NCBI GenBank assembly: GCA_900290365.1 | Contig: OMOE01000167.1 | Coordinates: forward strand, 6,305 to 70,304 | Source of the DNA: Syntrophobacter sp. SbD1 | GTDB lineage: Bacteria; Desulfobacterota; Syntrophobacteria; Syntrophobacterales; Syntrophobacteraceae | Reading direction: 5' to 3' | DNA length: 64,000 bases | Shown: piece by piece, positions 1 through 9,566 of the stretch | Position numbering within the stretch: the stretch's first letter is position 1 | How the letters are laid out: each line of letters begins with the position of its first letter | Position numbers and translations under genes: made by a program | The notes under the pieces: generated by a model | The model's database searches: none | Seen by the model: the letters and a program-made list of their open reading frames with translations, nothing else | What the model was told of the DNA's origin: nothing

Positions 1-1
1 A

Positions 2-502
2 CGAGACGTCTCCACACCTAGAGAAAAAAAGGAATCGTTGTACGGGCTCGTAGTGAGATCTCTTCCCTGGCAGATGGATTTCAAGAGATCCGGAGTGAGG
101 GTTTCATTGCTCATGCCGCTCGTCCTTGGAATACTTGTCGGGATTCTGGCTGCGATAATGGGCGTGGGGGGCGGATTCATCATGGTCCCGGTAATGGTTT
201 ATCTGCTGCGGATGCCGATGCACGTCGTCGTTGGAACAAGTCTGTTCCAGATCCTTTTTACCTGCGTCAATGTTACAATCATGCAGGCATGGAGGAACCA
301 CACGGTGGATTTCGTCCTGGCGCTGGTGCTGCTCATCGGATCGTCCATAGGCGCTCAGGTGGGGGCGAAGCTCGGCAAGAAACTGCGCGGAGACCAGCTA
401 AAAATACTGCTGGCCTCACTGGTGCTCGTGGTCATGTTCAAAATGCTCTATGAACTCCTGGCCCGGCCCGAGGTGCTCCTTGCTTATGTGGGAGGACATT
501 AG
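2..502 (+). CDS. TSUP (TauE/SafE, DUF81) family membrane anion exporter, C-terminal half; 5' end lies outside the window
   Basis: The frame is open from nt 2; the listed ORF merely starts at an internal TTG at 38. Multi-TM hydrophobic sequence with the GVGGGFIMVP motif typical of DUF81 repeats. Confidence 0.7.
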   Translation, partial: RDVSTPREKKESLYGLVVRSLPWQMDFKRSGVRVSLLMPLVLGILVGILAAIMGVGGGFIMVPVMVYLLRMPMHVVVGTSLFQILFTCVNVTIMQAWRNHTVDFVLALVLLIGSSIGAQVGAKLGKKLRGDQLKILLASLVLVVMFKMLYELLARPEVLLAYVGGH

Positions 503-504
503 AA

Positions 505-1272
505 ATGAAGACACTATACTTTTTCCTCCTTTTGGCCCTGGGCCTTTTAACAGTTTCAAATGCTGCCGCGCAGGACGCGGCCCGGTTGACGGTCGAGCCC
601 GCCGCCATCAGCATCGGGGCTCTATACAACGGCATAACTCTTACCGCTGCCGGATCGATTCCGGAGGATAGCGAAGCCATCGTCCGGTTTATCGGGGCCA
701 CCTGTGATTTGCACATGAAGGAGAGAGGCAAAGTGGGCGGCGTCGTGTGGATGAACCTCGATTCGATCACCTTCAAGGGCGCCCCCAGCGTCTGCCTGGT
801 TTCCTCGGCAGCCGATTTCAACGGCCTCGAAGCAAATGGAGGCGTCTCGGTAAAGCTGCTGAGGCTCTCCGGTCTCAAGGGAGCCATCCAGGTGGAAGCC
901 AACGGAGGCGGGCACGAAAATGCCGTTGAAGAGTTCCTGAAATTGAAACGGAAAGAAGGTCTGTACAAGGAGTTAGTAGGGAACATCTCATATGAGAGCG
1001 CAGTTGAAGGGCAGAAACGCTTCCGGGCGCAGGTCCCGATCCCCTCCCGCCTGGCCCCCGGCTCTTATATGGTCGAACTCGCTGCGGTTAGAAACGGCGA
1101 GGTCGTTGCGCGGGCTGAACAGCCGGTTGATGCGGCCCTGGTAGGGTTTCCGGCCATGTTGGCAGCACTGGCCTTCGAGCACTCGGCCCTTTACGGCATT
1201 CTAGCCACAATTATAGCCCTGCTTGCAGGCCTTGCGATCGGATTGATTTTTCAGAGCAAGGGAGCGCATTGA
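505..1272 (+). CDS. Membrane protein resembling the TIGR02186 family (signal peptide plus C-terminal TM helix), the usual neighbour of DUF81 genes
   Basis: ATG lies 2 nt after the upstream stop. N-terminal signal-like LLLALGLLTVSNAAAQ and C-terminal hydrophobic helix ILATIIALLAGLAIGLIF. Family assignment is from memory of the gene-pair context only. Confidence 0.5.
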   Translation: MKTLYFFLLLALGLLTVSNAAAQDAARLTVEPAAISIGALYNGITLTAAGSIPEDSEAIVRFIGATCDLHMKERGKVGGVVWMNLDSITFKGAPSVCLVSSAADFNGLEANGGVSVKLLRLSGLKGAIQVEANGGGHENAVEEFLKLKRKEGLYKELVGNISYESAVEGQKRFRAQVPIPSRLAPGSYMVELAAVRNGEVVARAEQPVDAALVGFPAMLAALAFEHSALYGILATIIALLAGLAIGLIFQSKGAH

Positions 1273-1290
1273 AGCAGTGAGCGGTGAACA

Positions 1291-3942
1291 GTGAGCAAAA
1301 CGATGAATGTCATTGACGGTCTGAGGAAGGTTTTTTCCTTCTGGTCGCCCACAAAGCCAAGTCTACCCTTTTCGGTGCTGTTTAAAAAGTTCAGGAGCAT
1401 CCTGGAGCGCAATAACCGGATCCTCGAACTTATGGCCGACATGGGTGACAAGCTCGGGGGCGAGTATGTCTTTGACCGTCAGTATGTTTTAGACATAAGC
1501 GAGAATATAGGAGATCTGGTCTTCAAGCTGATTTCAGACCTGTGCGTTATGACACAGACCGAGAATGTGGATCTTTTTATCTCATTCGAACGTATACAGA
1601 ACGACATCCAGGAGGAGCTGGCCGGAAGGCGTGCTTTTCCGATGATCAGGCCGGCGGTCCTGCTCGATGAACTCAACGGCGACCTCAATGAGGAGGTCGG
1701 AAACAAGTTCGCAAACATCGGGGACATCCGCAATACGCTGGGTCTGCCCACCATGGACGGGTTTGCTATAACGACCAGGGCATTTTTCGACTTCATGAAG
1801 GCAAACGGTCTTCTCAAGCACATAGAGACCTCTCTGGCAGCGGTGGACCTAAAGGATGAGACCGCGTTCGAAGCAATGTGCGATGATGTGCGCACGCGCA
1901 TTTTGAAGGGGACTATTCCCCGGCATGTAGTTTCAAGCATAAATGCCATGCTCGATGTCGTAAAGGGCAGAGCCGAGGTGAGATACCCGCGCTTTGCCGT
2001 AAGGAGCAGTGCCTGGGGCGAGGACAGCGAATTCAGTTTTGCCGGGCAATATGAAAGCGTGCTCAATGTCCCGGGGAATGGAATCGCGGAAGCCTACCGG
2101 CGGGTTATAGCCAGCGCCTACACGCCTGAGGCCTGGCGGTACAGGCTTCATCGAGGATTCCGGGAAAGTGAGATGGCCATGGCGGTCGGATGCCAGTTGA
2201 TGGTCGACGCCGAAGTCAGCGGCGCAATGTACACTTATGCCCCGCTTCCCCTTGAAAAGGAAGCCATGATGATAAGCGCCGCCTGGGGCCTCGGACCGGC
2301 AGTTGTGAGCGGTCTCGCCGAATCGGATACCTTCGTTTTGGACAGGATGCCACCACATAATATCCTTTCGAACGAGTCAGGGCACAAAGTGAGCAAAATG
2401 GTCATGGACCTGAACGGCGGCACGGCCTGGCGTGAAGTTCCCGGCCATCTGCAGGATAAACCGTGCCTTTCGGACGAATATATACAGAGGCTGGCCCAGG
2501 CGGCCATAATGATCGAAAGATACTACAGACGTCCCCAGGACGTTGAATGGGCCTTTGACAGCAAAGGCAATTTGTATATCCTCCAGTCAAGACCTCTCAA
2601 CGTTCGGCCGAACCAGCCGGACCGTCATCGGCTCTATATCGATCATGCGTCCCTTTCGGCGCAGGTTCTTTTTTCGGGAAAGGGCACCGTTGTACAGGGA
2701 GGTGTGGCGTCGGGAAAGGTCTATGTGGCCCGGGCAGATGATGATCTCAATGATTTCCCGTACGGGGCCATCCTGGTGGCCCGCTATACCTCTCCCAAAT
2801 ACTCCAAGATCATGCGCAAAGCCAGGGGCATACTAACCGACATTGGTTCGGCCACCGGGCATATGGCCACTTTGGCGCGCGAATACCGGGTCCCTACGGT
2901 GGTGGATACCGGAGTGGCCACCAAAGTTCTGAAGACGGGCGATGAGGTGACGCTGGATGCGATCCAGAACGTGGTCTACGAAGGAACGGTCAATGAACTG
3001 AGCCAATTTGAGATCACCCAGGAAGAGGTCTTCGAAGAATCGTATGAGTACCGGCTGCTAAAAAGGATACTCAAAAAAGTGAATCCCCTCAATCTGGTCG
3101 ATCCTCACAGCGAGTCTTTCAAGGCAGCCCGGTGCCTGACGTTTCATGACATCACACGGTTCGTTCATGAAAAAGCGGTTGAGAGACTCATAGATCTGAG
3201 CGAAAATTACCAGAACTATCACGACAGGACCCCCAAACGACTGGATTGCGACATTCCTCTGGGTTTGGTGATAATCGATATAGACAAGGGCACGAGCGCG
3301 CTTCCCGAGGCTCGGTCCATGACGGTCGAGCAAATTGAATCCGCACCCATGAAAGCGATGCTGCAAGGGCTTTCGGAAAGCGGAATGTGGGAAACCACCC
3401 CGGTTGCCGTGGACATGGGAAGCATGATGTCGAGCTTCACAAGAACTTTCAGCTCATCGCTGGCCGGCCCCGAGGATGTGGGCCGCAACCTGGCGGTGAT
3501 ATCGAACAACTACATGAATCTCCACCTTAGGCTCGGTTATCATTTCACCATCCTGGACGCCTACATTGGAGATGAACTCAACGATAATTACATTTATTTC
3601 CGGTTTCTGGGGGGTGTTTCAGATCTCCAGCGCCGTTCGCGCCGGGCCAGGTTTATAGCCGAGGTCATGGAGTGCTACGATTTCCGTGTCGAAGTACATG
3701 GAGATTTGATTGTGGGCAGGCTTAAAAAAATGTCCCGCGACAGGATGGTCTCGAGAATGAAGGTGCTTGGCGGCCTGATAGGTTATACTCGCCAACTCGA
3801 TATCAGCATGATAAGCGATGAACGGATCGGCCAGCATGTGGCCGAATTCATGCACAGAATTGACGTTCTTACGGAGGTGGGAGATGACGTCCCAATGTGC
3901 CGGCTGCCAGCAACAAAAGACGCAGATTCTTATACTCGATGA
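1291..3942 (+). CDS. PpsA/PPDK-like phosphohistidine enzyme, paralogue 1 (N-helical region + ATP-grasp + swivel His domain + unassigned ~300-aa C-domain)
   Basis: VRSSAWGEDSEFSFAGQYESVLNV and PQDVEWAFDSKGNLYILQSRP match the PPDK_N ATP-grasp. GSATGHMATLAREYRVPTVV is the PEP-utiliser mobile domain (His codon 2860-2862). I recognise no PEP/pyruvate TIM-barrel motifs in the last ~330 aa. Start is GTG 1291 or ATG 1303. Confidence 0.85.
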   Translation: MSKTMNVIDGLRKVFSFWSPTKPSLPFSVLFKKFRSILERNNRILELMADMGDKLGGEYVFDRQYVLDISENIGDLVFKLISDLCVMTQTENVDLFISFERIQNDIQEELAGRRAFPMIRPAVLLDELNGDLNEEVGNKFANIGDIRNTLGLPTMDGFAITTRAFFDFMKANGLLKHIETSLAAVDLKDETAFEAMCDDVRTRILKGTIPRHVVSSINAMLDVVKGRAEVRYPRFAVRSSAWGEDSEFSFAGQYESVLNVPGNGIAEAYRRVIASAYTPEAWRYRLHRGFRESEMAMAVGCQLMVDAEVSGAMYTYAPLPLEKEAMMISAAWGLGPAVVSGLAESDTFVLDRMPPHNILSNESGHKVSKMVMDLNGGTAWREVPGHLQDKPCLSDEYIQRLAQAAIMIERYYRRPQDVEWAFDSKGNLYILQSRPLNVRPNQPDRHRLYIDHASLSAQVLFSGKGTVVQGGVASGKVYVARADDDLNDFPYGAILVARYTSPKYSKIMRKARGILTDIGSATGHMATLAREYRVPTVVDTGVATKVLKTGDEVTLDAIQNVVYEGTVNELSQFEITQEEVFEESYEYRLLKRILKKVNPLNLVDPHSESFKAARCLTFHDITRFVHEKAVERLIDLSENYQNYHDRTPKRLDCDIPLGLVIIDIDKGTSALPEARSMTVEQIESAPMKAMLQGLSESGMWETTPVAVDMGSMMSSFTRTFSSSLAGPEDVGRNLAVISNNYMNLHLRLGYHFTILDAYIGDELNDNYIYFRFLGGVSDLQRRSRRARFIAEVMECYDFRVEVHGDLIVGRLKKMSRDRMVSRMKVLGGLIGYTRQLDISMISDERIGQHVAEFMHRIDVLTEVGDDVPMCRLPATKDADSYTR

Positions 3943-4285
3943 TGAGCCTATCGTGTGCAAGAGGCTCAGACCTGCTTTCCAAAAAGCGGGCTACGAGGTG
4001 GAAACCTTTACCGACAGCGCTTCCGCTATGGCCAGGATAGAGGAAAAGAAGTTCGATATCATCATTACCGACCTGAAGATGAAGGGCGTGGACGGAATGC
4101 ATTTTCTGGAGCGGATCAAGGAGATTGCGCCCGATACCGGCGTTATAGTCATAACCGGATTTGCCACCTCTGAAACTGCCGGGGAGTCATTCCGGAAAGG
4201 GGCATTCGATTTTGTGGCCAAACCGTTCAAGTTGAACGACATAATCGATACTGTCCGGCGGCTGGAGGGAAATCGGAAGAGATGA
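3884..4285 (+). CDS. Stand-alone CheY-like response regulator receiver domain
   Basis: ILILDDEP ... DIIITDLKMKGVDG ... VIVITG ... VAKPF supplies the acidic pair, phospho-Asp, T/S and Lys positions. GGAGGTG RBS lies 4-5 nt before ATG 3884. The gene overlaps the end of paralogue 1. Confidence 0.8.
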   Translation: MTSQCAGCQQQKTQILILDDEPIVCKRLRPAFQKAGYEVETFTDSASAMARIEEKKFDIIITDLKMKGVDGMHFLERIKEIAPDTGVIVITGFATSETAGESFRKGAFDFVAKPFKLNDIIDTVRRLEGNRKR

Positions 4286-4374
4286 AAGGGTTAGAAATGG
4301 TGGTTCGTACATAAAGACCCTTTTGCGTGATACGAAGAACGCCGCCGCCATGGAAGGCGGCGCTACCATGGTAG

Positions 4375-6897
4375 ATGAAAGTTCCTATGCGCCTTCCGTT
4401 CATCTCACACAGGCGACAGAAGCCTTCCTCCGATCAGGGGCTGGAATGGGTCCGATCCCTGTTTGCAAAATTCCAGCGTATTCAGAAATACAATACCAGG
4501 GCCTTGGAAGTAATGGCCGAAATGGACCGTGCCCTGGGCGGAGAGTACATTTTCGACCGCGCCTTCCTTGAAAGCTCCGTTCGAGAGTTGAGCGGTCTCG
4601 CATACCAGGTTGTCTACAGCCTGAACGCCATGTCGCAGAACGGATACGTCGCTCTCTACGACAGGTATCAAAGCATAAAAGGCGTTCTGGATGACATCCT
4701 TGCCGGGGGACTGGGACCTTTTGGATCGAGTCTTGCCCTGCCGTATTCAGTACTTGGCCTTGAAATGGAGCCTCTGGCGGGGGCCTTGAATGTGTGCCTG
4801 GCCGAGGCGCGAAATCGCCTGGACATTCCCGCCCCCGACGGCTTTGCGGTGACGGTGACCGGCTGCTCGCAAATGATGGCCGCAGGCGGGGGGGATTTTG
4901 ATATTTTTGCTAAACCGGCGTCGCTCGAGGTTGCTGATTTCCCCCCGGAATTGGTCGAGGCGATTAACCACCAGATGGAGTCGCTGTTTGCAAGATGCGG
5001 AGGCCCGGTTCCTCTGATCGTGAGAATCTGTCCGGCTGCCGCAAACAACCAGACCCGGACCGAGACGGTCCGGCTGCCCTCGCAGGTGTTTACCAACGTT
5101 GGCTCCGATGAACTCCTGGAAACCTGCCGAATGGCCCTGGACAAATATTTGGCTTCATCCGAAGGACCCGATCCCGCGCCGGTGGCCCTGGCGGTCCATG
5201 AGGCTGTGCCCGCCCAGGTTGCCGGCTCAATTTCTCTTGTGACTTCGCCCGATTCGCCTTCGGGAGGACTTTTTTGTATAACGGCCTGGCCGGTGGGTGC
5301 GCCTGACAGCAGGGAGACCTTTTTTCTTCGCCGGACCTACCCATTCGATCCCGTTGAATCGGAAATCAAAGCGAAACCTTACAACGAGCGGATCTACCCC
5401 GGTGTGCATCCCCTGTCGATCACGCCAAAAGGCCTCTACAGAGGTTCTGCCCTCCTTGGTCCCTCTTTTCTCAGGGGCATTGCGGCATGCGCCTCGGCTT
5501 TTGAGCGGATTGTCGGCTGCCCCCAGGATCTCGATTGGGTCAGGGGCGATGCCGCGCGGCCGGTTATAGTGAATGTGAGGGCGGCGGGCGAGCTTGACGG
5601 TTCGATGGAGAGCGATTTCGATGCGCCGTTTTCCGAAGAGGAGGATGAGGGAAATTGGGTCGAGGACGCCGAGGTGATGCTTGCCGGGGGTGAGACCGCG
5701 CAGACGGGTATAGCAGCCGGTCCGGTGGTACATGTTCGTGAAAGCGAAATGGATCTGTTCCCCCATGGCGCCGTCGCCGTTGTCAGATATGCATACCCCA
5801 GTTTGAGCGCCATCATGAGCAGGGCTTCCGCTGTAGTGACCGAAATCGGCGCCTCCATCGGGCACCTGGCCACAATAGCCAGAGAACTGCGCATACCCGC
5901 CATCTTTGGCGCCGCAGGGGCAATGCAGAGATTGCCTGAGGGGACCGAAGTCACAGTTGACGCCGGGGAAAAGAGGGTCTACCGGGGGATAGTCGAGCCT
6001 CTGTTGGCCTCCCGGGCAACCGGCACGGAACTGTATCCGAGCGATCCGGAATACGTTACACTCCGCCGCCTGCTGCGCTGGATATTGCCCCTGGAACTCA
6101 TCGATCCTGAGTCCAGTACTTTTTGTGTGGATAATTGCCGCACTTATCACGACGTTATTCATTTTTCCCACGAGAGATCCATTGAGGAACTTCTAAAGAT
6201 CCAGGAGCACGGCGCCGGGCTGAAAAGTCCGTATGTTCGCAAACTCGGGATCGATACGCCGATCGATCTGTTCGTGCTCGATATTGGCGGCGGGGTGTCC
6301 CCGGGGGCCGGGGCTTGTGTGGAATTCGATGACGTCATTTCAAAGCCGTTCCTTGCATTCCTTAATGGGCTGACCCTCAAGGAAGTCTGGAACCGGGACC
6401 CGGGATCCCTCAACCTCAGAGGAATAATCTCCGGGCTTGACCGTACGTTTTCGGCCATGATGGAACTGCCTGAATACGCCGGCAGAAATCACGCAATCCT
6501 GGCGGAAAACTACATGAACGTCGGCCTTCGGCTCGGTTATCATTACAGTGTGATCGACAGCTATCTCTGCGGCAATGTAAATCAAAATTACGTCTATTTT
6601 CGTTTCGCAGGCGGTTTTGCCGATGAGAATCACCGGCGGCGCAGGGCTGAGCTTATAAGGTCTATCCTGGACCAACTGGGCTTCAAGGTGAGAATCAAAG
6701 GCGATCTCGTTCTGGCAAAGCTCAAACTGGTGGACAACCGGGAGGTAATCTCGGCATTAAAGGTCCTGGGAGAGCTTACGGGATTTACCCGGCAGATTGA
6801 TCTTGCGATGGACTCGGAAGATAAAATTGAAGAATTCGCCAGGCTATTCAATGAAAAATCCGGCCGCGCAGGCAAAGAGGAGAAAAACGGTGTCTAG
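4375..6897 (+). CDS. PpsA/PPDK-like paralogue 2 with a degenerate ATP-grasp but an intact swivel His domain and the shared C-domain
   Basis: GASIGHLATIARELRIPAIFG (His codon 5863-5865). C-domain NYMNVGLRLGYHYSVIDSYLCGNVNQNYVYFRFAGG parallels paralogue 1. The ATP-grasp signature positions read PLIVRICPAAANNQ and CPQDLDWVRGDAARPVIVNVRAAG. Confidence 0.75.
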   Translation: MKVPMRLPFISHRRQKPSSDQGLEWVRSLFAKFQRIQKYNTRALEVMAEMDRALGGEYIFDRAFLESSVRELSGLAYQVVYSLNAMSQNGYVALYDRYQSIKGVLDDILAGGLGPFGSSLALPYSVLGLEMEPLAGALNVCLAEARNRLDIPAPDGFAVTVTGCSQMMAAGGGDFDIFAKPASLEVADFPPELVEAINHQMESLFARCGGPVPLIVRICPAAANNQTRTETVRLPSQVFTNVGSDELLETCRMALDKYLASSEGPDPAPVALAVHEAVPAQVAGSISLVTSPDSPSGGLFCITAWPVGAPDSRETFFLRRTYPFDPVESEIKAKPYNERIYPGVHPLSITPKGLYRGSALLGPSFLRGIAACASAFERIVGCPQDLDWVRGDAARPVIVNVRAAGELDGSMESDFDAPFSEEEDEGNWVEDAEVMLAGGETAQTGIAAGPVVHVRESEMDLFPHGAVAVVRYAYPSLSAIMSRASAVVTEIGASIGHLATIARELRIPAIFGAAGAMQRLPEGTEVTVDAGEKRVYRGIVEPLLASRATGTELYPSDPEYVTLRRLLRWILPLELIDPESSTFCVDNCRTYHDVIHFSHERSIEELLKIQEHGAGLKSPYVRKLGIDTPIDLFVLDIGGGVSPGAGACVEFDDVISKPFLAFLNGLTLKEVWNRDPGSLNLRGIISGLDRTFSAMMELPEYAGRNHAILAENYMNVGLRLGYHYSVIDSYLCGNVNQNYVYFRFAGGFADENHRRRRAELIRSILDQLGFKVRIKGDLVLAKLKLVDNREVISALKVLGELTGFTRQIDLAMDSEDKIEEFARLFNEKSGRAGKEEKNGV

Positions 6898-9566
6898 CAT
6901 CGTCGCTCGATTGTTTCAAAAATTGCGCGAGCGGCGGCTGACTCGTGCGGCAAAATTCCTTGACGACCTCAAGGTCCGGTATCACACTTTCCGGATTCTC
7001 CTTGCCAATAATGAGTACTCGCTGGATCTGATGAGGTCGCTTGACCTGTCACTGAGGTCCGGGAGTTCCGAAATGCCGGAGATAGCCGAAGAGCTTCTAA
7101 GCGTCACCTACGAGCTTGTCGACGGTCTGAACAGGCTGAGCGGGGACCGTCACCAAAGACTTTATGAAACGCATTACAGCCTTGCGGGTGCTATCCGCAA
7201 CGAACTGGACGCCATCATGGCGGTCCAGTCCCATGCGCCGGCTTTTGTTTTCCTGGATCATCCGGCAGCCGATCTGCGGGAAGAGGTCGGAGGCAAGGCT
7301 GCCGGCCTGGCCCAGTTGCGCAAGGCCGGCTTTCCCGTTCCTGACGGTTTTGCCGTTACGTCGAACTCCTGCGAGGGAATACTATCGGCCAACGGTCTCG
7401 ATCTTTTTATTCGGCAGAGGGCGCAAAGACTGGAGGCCGGGTACAACCGAGGCACGGACTTCGAGGCTGACGCAGAGGAGATTCGCCTCCGCATTCTCGA
7501 CGCGGTTTTTCCGCAAGACTTCGAACAGGAGCTTCGGCGCGCTTACGAACGGCTCACCGGTTCGGGGGAAACGGCCATATCCGTGCGCAGCAGCGCTTCG
7601 GTCGAAGACCGGATTGAACACTCCTTTGCCGGTCAGTTCAAGAGCATACTTAACGTGATTTCATTCGATGGATTGAAGGACGCGTTAAGGGAAGTGATTG
7701 CAAGCAACTACAGCCCCGGGGCGATTTCCTACCGCCTTCACGCCGGACTGTCCCTGGCCAGGCACGACATGGCCGTTTTATGTCAGCGGATGATCCGGGC
7801 AGAGTCGGCAGGGATACTGTTCACTATAGATCCGGCAGACCCGGAAAACGGGCGGATGCTTATCAGCGCCGTTCCCGGGCTGGGAATAACGGCCGTGAGC
7901 GGGAGCGCTCCGGCGGATCTCTACCGGCCCTCGAGGGAACCAACAGACGCAGGCCCGATGGCGGATTGGGCGCAAGTTGCCAAAAAGACCCACCGCGCTG
8001 ATCCCGGGTTTAATGGAGGCATCGAGGAGCGGGAGCTTCCCGAAAATGAACAGGTCCTCCCCGTGCTTTCCGAGGACCGGGTCCACTCCCTCGTTAGCAT
8101 CGGCCGCCGGATCGAAAGCCTGGTCGGAAAACCGCAGGATATCGAATGGGCATTTTCGCAGGAAGGCGAGCTTGTGATCCTGCAGTCAAGGGATATCCGG
8201 CTTGCCCTCAAAAGCAGGCAGGCAGCGGAGGCTGCGCGGGGAGAAGTCCTTCTTAGAGGAGGGGTATGCGCCTCGCCGGGCCGGTGCGTGGGCAAGGTCA
8301 AAGTAGTTCATTCGACCCGTGATTTTGAGGACTGGCGTAAAGATCCTTCACGCGAGCCGGGTATCCTGGTGCTTCCACAGAGTATGTCGGATGCCGCAGG
8401 CTTCGTCCCGGAATTCGAAGGCGTGGTTGTGGATTTGGGCAACCCTGCCGATCACCTGGCCGTAACGGCAATTCGAAGGCGTGGTTGTGGATTTGGGCAA
8501 CCCTGCCGATCACCTGGCCGTAACGGCTCGGGAGTACTCCCGTCCGATGATGACCGGGGCCGGTAAGGCGACCCAAACGCTTCGGGACGGCCAGTGGGTT
8601 ATCCTGGACGCGGACATGGCCATGGTCTTCAAGGCCCCCGAGGAGGCCTGGTCGGCCGCCCAACGGGTTGGCAACGCTAATATGGAAGGCGGTTCGCAAA
8701 CCCGCAGGGCCGGGCGCAATGTCGCCTCACGCCCAGAGGCAGCCCGGCTCAGACAGTTGATCGAGCCTTTGAATCTGACCGACGCATACGGGCCAACGTT
8801 TTCCATACAGGAGTGCCGCTCTCTGCATGATCTGATCCGCTATAGCCATGAAATGGCTGTCCTGGCAATGTTCCAGACCGGAGACGACATCCTGGAGTCG
8901 GCGGAGGTGCTGGTGCGGCGACTCGAGGGCGCCGTACCGCTGCATTTCCTGATTATCGATCTGGGCGGCGGTATCGCTTCTGAAAGTAATAAGTTCAGGG
9001 TCCGGCTTGAAGATATCCTGTCGCTCCCCATGCTGGCGCTCTGGAAGGGGATACTGACGCCGGGGCTCAGATGGAACCTGCCGCCCCCCGCAGCCATGGT
9101 TTCCGGGCTCATGTCCCGATCCATGTTCGACTCGGGCAGCGCCAGGCCCATCGGCCAGCAGAACTACGCCTTGATTACACGGGATTATCTGAATCTGAAC
9201 GCGCGCGTTGACTATCATTTCGCCATGGTTGACGCGGTTTGCGGATCAAATCCGAGAGAGAACCATATCCGTTTCAGGTTCAAGGGGGGCGGGACGACCG
9301 CTGTGCAGCGCGAGCGGCGTGCGCTGTTCATAACCGAAGTGCTCGAAGCGAACAATTTTTTTGTAGACCAGCGGGGCGACCTGGTGACTGCGTCCATCCT
9401 GGAAACACAGCAGTCTGAAACCGAGGACCGGCTTGTCATGCTGGGAAGGCTGCTCGGATTTAGCAGGCTGCTCGATGCGACCATGCGCGACGACACCGTC
9501 CACAAAAAAGTGGCGCGTGCGTTTATTGATGGCGATTATGCGCTGACAACAGTGGGTCAGGAGTGA
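6890..9566 (+). pseudogene. PpsA/PPDK-like paralogue 3, split into two ORFs (to 8566, and 8481-9566) by a 58-bp tandem duplication
   Basis: VRSSASVEDRIEHSFAGQFKSILNV, PQDIEWAFSQEGELVILQSRD, GNPADHLAVTAREYSRPMMTG, and C-domain DYLNLNARVDYHFAMVDAVCG..NHIRFRFKGG. A GTG at 6890 overlaps the stop of paralogue 2 (GTGTCTAG), with GAGGAG 7 nt upstream. Deleting one 58-bp copy joins the frames (frame arithmetic checked) into one ~872-codon ORF. Confidence 0.8.
8412..8527. repeat. Perfect 58-bp tandem duplication (8412-8469 = 8470-8527)
   Basis: Read directly: aattcgaaggcgtggttgtggatttgggcaaccctgccgatcacctggccgtaacggc occurs twice with no mismatch and exactly 2.0 copies. The flanking bases differ. Confidence 0.97.

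Noticed and set aside
5227-6171. Long antisense ORFs inside well-supported genes, for example 5227-6171(-), 438-986(-), 27737-28354(-), 36035-36571(+), 37277-38002(+), 40966-41838(+), 54588-55517(-) and 12457-13251(-).
   Set aside because: Each lies fully within a motif-supported gene on the other strand. They have Arg/Pro/Gly/Ser-rich low-complexity translations typical of shadow frames in GC-rich DNA, no RBS, and no recognisable motifs.
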